Shown here: positions 57,922 through 64,000 of the stretch, one piece after another
Layout of the letters: each line of letters starts with the position of its first letter
Numbering within the stretch: position 1 is the first letter of the stretch
Source of the DNA: a virus
Length of the DNA stretch: 64,000 nt
IMG/VR virus record: IMGVR_UViG_3300025093_000018
Span: 16,991-80,990 of that record
Reading direction: 5' to 3' (one strand)
Position numbers and translations under genes: made by a program
Notes under the pieces: model-generated
The model's database searches: none
What the model saw: the letters and a program-made list of their open reading frames with translations, nothing else
Told to the model about the DNA's origin: nothing

Positions 57922-58602
57922 ATGATGAAAGGAATGACACCTGAACAATATGCTGAAGTATTAGCATTTGTTAAAAAATATCATGGGTTTTATGGGTTTA
58001 AGGATGATAAACAACTAAAAGAAATAGCTAAATTATTTCCAGGGCTAAAAGAAAAAGATCGATTAAGAGGTTATTCTATTAAATATGTAGAAGCTACATA
58101 CGATAGTCGAGATGGATGTATCTGGTCAATTAAATTTAGAATAGGTAATGGTATTTGGTTTGCTACAAACGGTGATCAAGGAGACTATAACTTTACTAAT
58201 TTATATGATTGGGTTATGGCTTTTCTTAAAGGTGAAATAGAAGTTAATAAATGGCAACATTCTGGTCCTATATATTGTGATGGAGCAGAAGTTTTAAAAT
58301 GGGCTGGGAAGCAAGCAGAAAAAGTTAAAAGATCTATTGAATCATTTGATGCTATGCAACCTGACTCACACCCTGATGATGGATTTGTAGATAAAAAAGC
58401 TTTAGAAGTTCCTATATTAGCAGCTATAGTTGAAGCATTTCATAAAGGACGTGATAGAAATCATAAATTAGATGTAGAATTATTAAAGAAGTTTACACTA
58501 GAAATGTTCGCTGAAAACCCACATACAAATGATATAGAAGAATGGTATGAAGATCACACATTTACTGAGCGTATGGAAAATGTAATCGATCTTGGAAGAT
58601 AA
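57922..58602 (+). CDS. Hypothetical protein
   Basis: ORF. Confidence 0.6.
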   Translation: MMKGMTPEQYAEVLAFVKKYHGFYGFKDDKQLKEIAKLFPGLKEKDRLRGYSIKYVEATYDSRDGCIWSIKFRIGNGIWFATNGDQGDYNFTNLYDWVMAFLKGEIEVNKWQHSGPIYCDGAEVLKWAGKQAEKVKRSIESFDAMQPDSHPDDGFVDKKALEVPILAAIVEAFHKGRDRNHKLDVELLKKFTLEMFAENPHTNDIEEWYEDHTFTERMENVIDLGR

Positions 58603-58644
58603 ATCAATTAAAATTAAAAATAAGTTAAATTAAAATTAAACAAA

Positions 58645-59850
58645 ATGTTAAAAACATTATTTACACACAAGTGGAAAATTATTATTACTGCATTAATATT
58701 ATTTATAGCAGTACCGATTTTAAATCCGTTTTCAACCAATGATGCTGGAAATAGGCAAGTAGTACAAACTTTTAGTGGTGACCTTTATGTTCGATTTGAG
58801 CCAGGTTTCTATTGGGCAGGTATATTAAGCAAAGTAACAACTTGGCCAAATAATGTATCTGTACAAATATCTCAAGAGAAAAATAAATCAGAAGATTCTG
58901 ATTTATGGATAGAAGGTAGTATGAAAGATGGTACATTTTCAGAAGGTGATAATGCTTATTTAGAACATACTGTAAAATGGGATTTACCAGGTAATGCTGA
59001 ACAGATGTTAGATATTCATAGAACGTATAATAATATACAAAATCTAATGACTACTACATTATTATCTTATCAAAAGAAAATTGCATCATTTAGTACACAA
59101 CGATTATCATCTGAAGCACATTATTCAGGAGGAAAATCTCAATTAGATGACTATTTTGCAGATCAATTAGAAAATGGACAAGTATTTTTAAATACAGAAA
59201 CCAAAACTAGAACACTTGCAGATAGTAGTACTCAAACATATATTCGAGTAACTCCTAAAGAAGATAAAAACGGAAATATTCTTAGAAAAGAATCCGAATT
59301 GTTAGATTTAGGTATAAAAGCTACTTACACATCAATGGATAATGTTCATTATGATAAAAGGATTTATGAAAAATTAAAAGCTAAAATTGATGCAGCTGCA
59401 GATGAAGCTACAGCTAAACAGGAATTAATTACTGCTCAACAAGTTGCTAAAACAGCAGCTGCTGAAGGAGAAAAATTAATAGCTCAAACTAGAGCAACTG
59501 AAGAAGCAGATAAAATAAAATCAGTAATTCAAGCTGAAAAAGAAGCTTTAGTAGCTGGAGAAAACCTTAAAAAAGCTAAACTTGATGCACAATCAGAGCT
59601 TGTACAAAAGAAAGCTGCAGCAGAAGGAGATAGACTTAAAGTATTAGCAGGTTTAACACCATTAGAAAGAGCTAAAATCGATAAAGAAACTGCTATTGGT
59701 GTAGCAGCTGAATTAGCTAAAGTTAAATTTCCAGAATCTATGATTATTGTAGGAGGTGATGGAAAATCTTCCGGGAGTGTAAACCCCTTTGATGCGGTTG
59801 GATTACAATCATTCCATGAATTATCTAAAAAGATGAGTACTAAAAAATAA
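58645..59850 (+). CDS. SPFH/Band-7 (flotillin-like) membrane protein
   Basis: N-terminal TM segment, NDAGNRQVVQ..G, Ala/Glu/Lys coiled coil, LTPLERAKIDKETAIGVA. Confidence 0.8.
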   Translation: MLKTLFTHKWKIIITALILFIAVPILNPFSTNDAGNRQVVQTFSGDLYVRFEPGFYWAGILSKVTTWPNNVSVQISQEKNKSEDSDLWIEGSMKDGTFSEGDNAYLEHTVKWDLPGNAEQMLDIHRTYNNIQNLMTTTLLSYQKKIASFSTQRLSSEAHYSGGKSQLDDYFADQLENGQVFLNTETKTRTLADSSTQTYIRVTPKEDKNGNILRKESELLDLGIKATYTSMDNVHYDKRIYEKLKAKIDAAADEATAKQELITAQQVAKTAAAEGEKLIAQTRATEEADKIKSVIQAEKEALVAGENLKKAKLDAQSELVQKKAAAEGDRLKVLAGLTPLERAKIDKETAIGVAAELAKVKFPESMIIVGGDGKSSGSVNPFDAVGLQSFHELSKKMSTKK

Positions 59851-60100
59851 ATAATATAAGAGTGGGTATCTTACGTCGATGTGAAAATGTCATAATACCT
59901 GCAGGGACTAATAAGCTCTACCCCCTCTTACTTTTAAACTAACTATTATGATTGTAGATACACCACCTCAACCTAATAATTTTAATACTAATTCAGATAA
60001 TTTTTGGTTTAATATTTTAATATTAATTATAGTATTAATTATTTGTATTTATACTATATTAAGCCCTTTTTAATATTAAAAGCTAAATAAATAATTTAAA

Positions 60101-60559
60101 ATGTTAAGTAAAGCTATATCAATTACCGCTCAAGCATTTGAGGGTATAAAAGATAAAGGAGGAGCTCCGTATATATTACATTGCTTAACAGTAATGAACG
60201 GAGTTAAATACCTCGGAGAAGACGCTATGTGTGTTGCAGTAATGCATGACCTCATAGAAGATATTGACGAGATAACCATGGACACAATTATAAGATATAA
60301 GTTTAACCAAACTATATGTTATAGCCTTGGTTTATTATCTCATAATCCAAATATGGATTACATGGATTACATTAAAATGGTTGGAACAGATTTTATTGCA
60401 ACTGCAGTAAAAATGGCCGACCTTAGACATAATACCGATATTCTTAGAATGAAAGGTATTCGAAAAAAAGATTTTGAACGTTTAGAAAAGTATCATAGAG
60501 CTTTCATGTACTTACAAAAACAAAGAGAAATACAAGAATTACAAATTTTAAAACCATAA
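60101..60559 (+). CDS. HD-domain hydrolase of the RelA/SpoT-hydrolase (Mesh1-like) family
   Basis: G.PYILH, AVMHDLIED and VKMADLRHN motifs. Confidence 0.82.
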   Translation: MLSKAISITAQAFEGIKDKGGAPYILHCLTVMNGVKYLGEDAMCVAVMHDLIEDIDEITMDTIIRYKFNQTICYSLGLLSHNPNMDYMDYIKMVGTDFIATAVKMADLRHNTDILRMKGIRKKDFERLEKYHRAFMYLQKQREIQELQILKP

Positions 60560-60562
60560 ATT

Positions 60563-61333
60563 ATGGAAGATAACTATTTTGAAGAAGAAGAAGAAGAAAT
60601 TACTAATGTATTCGGATTAGAAGTTGGTGATATATTATTAGCAGAAGATATAAGCGCTTGGTCCGCTAAAGGTATGAATTATTATGCATCTCAATTTGCT
60701 AAAAATTGGGAAGCTTGTGATACACCCTTTGGAGGTAATAGAGAAATTGGAGGGTTTGAACAACTTAATGGAGAATGGGCATTTGCTGTATCAGGTACAA
60801 ATGGTGTTTATTTAAGAGCTGAAGGATTTAAAAGATTTTGTGCAAATAGACATAATCAAGAAGAAAAACCTATTATTAAAACATCTTATAGAAAATTTCT
60901 AGAATCATTTGATCATGGAGATATTGTAGTAATTAGTGATGGAGAACATAATGTTGCAGGTGATACTGGTAAAATAGGTACTTTTGTATCTTGTGTTATG
61001 AAAGATGTACCCAATACAAGTGATCTTACATTTGAAGTTAATTCTTATTATGAAGATAAAGATCATAAATTAAATGTGTGGTTTAATTGTATTCGTCATG
61101 CTACTCAAGCTGAAGTTGATCGTTATTTAAATGGGTTTCACTATATTTCAGGTTATGGACCTGCTAAATCTGTGAATCCTAATGAAATTGATCAGGTTTA
61201 TGATGATGATGGAAATTTAATTGAAGACGAACCTTTTGTTTATGAAGAACTTGATTATTCTCGAGAAAACGAAACTACACGAGAAGATATTGTAATTGAA
61301 CAAATTGCTATGATATCAGTTCCAGAAAGATAA
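60563..61333 (+). CDS. Hypothetical acidic protein
   Basis: IRHATQAEV motif shared with the next gene. Confidence 0.55.
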   Translation: MEDNYFEEEEEEITNVFGLEVGDILLAEDISAWSAKGMNYYASQFAKNWEACDTPFGGNREIGGFEQLNGEWAFAVSGTNGVYLRAEGFKRFCANRHNQEEKPIIKTSYRKFLESFDHGDIVVISDGEHNVAGDTGKIGTFVSCVMKDVPNTSDLTFEVNSYYEDKDHKLNVWFNCIRHATQAEVDRYLNGFHYISGYGPAKSVNPNEIDQVYDDDGNLIEDEPFVYEELDYSRENETTREDIVIEQIAMISVPER

Positions 61334-61350
61334 AATTAAAATTTATTAAA

Positions 61351-63489
61351 ATGAAAAATTTACCAAGATACTGGGCTATTACTAATTTAGAGGGTGATAA
61401 AGCTGATATTATATCAGATTTTGTTTATAAAGAATATAGTTCTAAATGGTCAATAAATTCTAAAAATGATATTATAGGACATAATGGAAATTCATTCTAT
61501 ATAAATGGTACCTTCTGTGAAGAATCATTTTCTACAATTAATGATCTAAAAAATAGTTCTCCTGTTACTCCATTAACTTATGAAGAATTAACCACAACAG
61601 AAGAATTTCAAAATTTCTTAGATTTAAATGGATTATCACTTCCAGATGATGAAGAGGATAGTTTATATAATAATCAAATTATTGTAATAACTGATGATTC
61701 TATAGAAGGTTATCCAGCTGGTACTATGGGTAAAGTTTTAGATGAAAATTATGATGGTGCTCTTCGTATAGATTTTCCAAAAAAACCTAAAAATGATAAA
61801 GGTATTATTTGGCTTATGAATGATTGTGTAAGACTAGCTACCCCAAAAGAAGCAGATTTCTTTGGTGATATATATCATATTGATGATATATTAAAGTTAG
61901 ATACTTATAAATTCTATAAAAAAGTAGGTGTTAAAAGATATTATTTTAAATCACGTACTTCTTTATGTAGAATTGATCCATTTAACGAAGATGTTGGAAC
62001 AAATCCTAATTTATTAGTTAAATTAAAACCTATAGAAAAAGCCCAAGCACTAGAATATCTTTATGAAACAGCTTTAAAGAAGTATAAAAATAAAAACTTT
62101 AATTGTTTAATGGGTGAAAGCCCTTTTCGAGGAGATATTACAGAATATCCTATTAAAAACTTTGAATATGATACTAGTTTATGGTTTACCCCAAGTAAAG
62201 GTATTGCTATTCAATTATTTAATAGAAATGATGGATGGGCTAAACCTTTAAAAAAAGTAGAAAACGTATCTCATAAATTTAATGAGGGAGATTTAATTAG
62301 AGTTACTGAATGGAGATATAACAAATCAATACCTACAGATCTTACTAAAGATATTCTTATTAAATTAGGAGGTAAATATTGGGATAAATATAAAGACGGT
62401 GTTAATAATTTTAAACATTTACCATTTATAAATAAAAGAAAACCTGATGGAGATGCTTATTCTGATTTAAAAGGTTGTTTATGGAGACATGCAACTGAAG
62501 ATGAGATAGCTGTATATAATAAAGAAGATGAATCTAATATAAGTACTTCTTATAATTTTAATTTAGGAGATTTAGTTATAGTAACTAAATTTGGAGGAAA
62601 AAATGATTGGAATCGTCATTGGTTTAAACCAGGAGAAATTTTAAAATTAGGTGGTAAATTTTGGGATAATAAATCTTTAAAAGGTATAAATGAATTTAAA
62701 GAATTTGCAGCTATATCTGAAAAATCTCCAAAAGGTAATGGTATGAATAGTCAATCCGGTTTTGAATTTAGACTTGCTACTACTAGAGAAATAGATTACT
62801 TTAATAAGGTAGGTTATGGAGCTAATATTAATGATATGGATAAAAAGCTAACACCTAAATCAAATGTAAAATTTGAAGTAGATAAATATTATAAAGAACC
62901 CTTTGGTGATATAATGGTTAAATGCCTTAAAACACATCCTAACTTTGATATTATTACTGAAGGATTTGGTGTACCTTTAATATCTCATTTTGATGAATCT
63001 AGTTTTGAACCGCCTGATAAAAGAATGGAGTGGGGAGAATTAGATAATGAACAAATTAGAGAATGTTTAATTAAACAAGCTACAATCAGATATAAAGATA
63101 AATATATTAAATCTTTATATGAAGAAGAACAAGGTATTTATAAATTTGATCCTAGTCAAATAAATAATTATGTAAGTCATGTAGATTCTTTAAATTATAG
63201 AGTAGGTAATAATTTAATTACTATTTATAAAAATTGTAAATGGACAGAAGCTTTAACATCATGTTCAACTGAAATTAAAGATCCTGTACTTGAAGATCTT
63301 AGTGATAAAATTGATAGTATTGAAGACCCTATTTATGATAAACAACCTTTATTATCCGGAGATGAAATAGAATTTGATGTTGAAACTAAAGGTAATGATG
63401 GAAGAGGTAGTATTTATATGGTAATTAAACATCCAAAGAAAATAATAGAAAGTCAAGAAATTTCTATGCTTAAAGTTAAAGAAAGATAG
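61351..63489 (+). CDS. Repeat-domain hypothetical protein
   Basis: Repeated R(L/H)ATxxE(I/A) modules and duplicated F..GDL...LKLGGK.WD....G.N.FK domain. Confidence 0.6.
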   Translation: MKNLPRYWAITNLEGDKADIISDFVYKEYSSKWSINSKNDIIGHNGNSFYINGTFCEESFSTINDLKNSSPVTPLTYEELTTTEEFQNFLDLNGLSLPDDEEDSLYNNQIIVITDDSIEGYPAGTMGKVLDENYDGALRIDFPKKPKNDKGIIWLMNDCVRLATPKEADFFGDIYHIDDILKLDTYKFYKKVGVKRYYFKSRTSLCRIDPFNEDVGTNPNLLVKLKPIEKAQALEYLYETALKKYKNKNFNCLMGESPFRGDITEYPIKNFEYDTSLWFTPSKGIAIQLFNRNDGWAKPLKKVENVSHKFNEGDLIRVTEWRYNKSIPTDLTKDILIKLGGKYWDKYKDGVNNFKHLPFINKRKPDGDAYSDLKGCLWRHATEDEIAVYNKEDESNISTSYNFNLGDLVIVTKFGGKNDWNRHWFKPGEILKLGGKFWDNKSLKGINEFKEFAAISEKSPKGNGMNSQSGFEFRLATTREIDYFNKVGYGANINDMDKKLTPKSNVKFEVDKYYKEPFGDIMVKCLKTHPNFDIITEGFGVPLISHFDESSFEPPDKRMEWGELDNEQIRECLIKQATIRYKDKYIKSLYEEEQGIYKFDPSQINNYVSHVDSLNYRVGNNLITIYKNCKWTEALTSCSTEIKDPVLEDLSDKIDSIEDPIYDKQPLLSGDEIEFDVETKGNDGRGSIYMVIKHPKKIIESQEISMLKVKER

Positions 63490-63532
63490 AAAATAATAAA
63501 ATTTTATTAATTAATTTTTAAAACGACAAGAC

Positions 63533-63976
63533 ATGTCAGAAACAAAATCAAAATTTGCAATTGTAAACAAAATTGCTGCAGCCCTTAAACTGGGAGAATT
63601 TGGTAAAATCGAAAATTTTATCAATAAAGTAGATAGAACTCTTAATAAAGAGATTACTGCTTTACAAAAAAATAAAGAAAATGAAGCTTTTAATTCTAAA
63701 AACAGAACTACAGATCTTAAAGATCAGTTAGAAGATGCTAAACAAGATTTAGAAAATGCTTATTTAAATATCGACCCTAACCAGGTAGATACTAATGAAA
63801 AAGCAAAAAGTTTTATTGATCCTTATTTATCAAACATCAAAAGAAAGCAAGACGAAGTTAAACGTTTAGAAGATGCTATTAAGGATGAAGCAACTGCCCT
63901 TAAAGATTCTAATAAAGTAACTGATGAAAAGATTGCTTATAGAAAAGAAGCTTTAGCTAGTATTACTGGGAAGTAA
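63533..63976 (+). CDS. Coiled-coil hypothetical protein
   Basis: Heptad-like K/E/D pattern. Confidence 0.55.
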   Translation: MSETKSKFAIVNKIAAALKLGEFGKIENFINKVDRTLNKEITALQKNKENEAFNSKNRTTDLKDQLEDAKQDLENAYLNIDPNQVDTNEKAKSFIDPYLSNIKRKQDEVKRLEDAIKDEATALKDSNKVTDEKIAYRKEALASITGK

Positions 63977-64000
63977 TAATAGTTAATCAACAAAAACGGC

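Overview
AT-rich segment of a crAss-like (Crassvirales-type) Bacteroidota phage genome using the standard code. Positions 1-39.9 kb (- strand) hold the virion module (tail fibre/lectin proteins, muzzle, ring proteins, major capsid protein, scaffold, portal, tandem GroES, terminase), 14 tRNA genes at three loci, two zinc proteases, and a wHTH RepL-like gene beside four iteron-like repeats. After the strand switch at about 40 kb, the + strand carries small putative early/host-takeover genes: peptide deformylase with a SEC-C tail, a T9SS cargo protein, SPFH and an HD hydrolase. These are interleaved with structured RNAs, including a type III hammerhead ribozyme, a circularly permuted tmRNA and anticodon-less tRNA mimics. 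Main finding: each tRNA locus is preceded by a host-type promoter, a short leader ORF and alternative anti-antiterminator, antiterminator and terminator helices. In arrays 1 and 3 the leader codons match the downstream tRNAs. Leader 2 encodes the eight amino acids the other arrays lack. This suggests ribosome-stalling attenuators that release phage tRNAs when the matching host tRNAs fail. All protein and RNA calls come from manual motif reading and synteny, not database searches.
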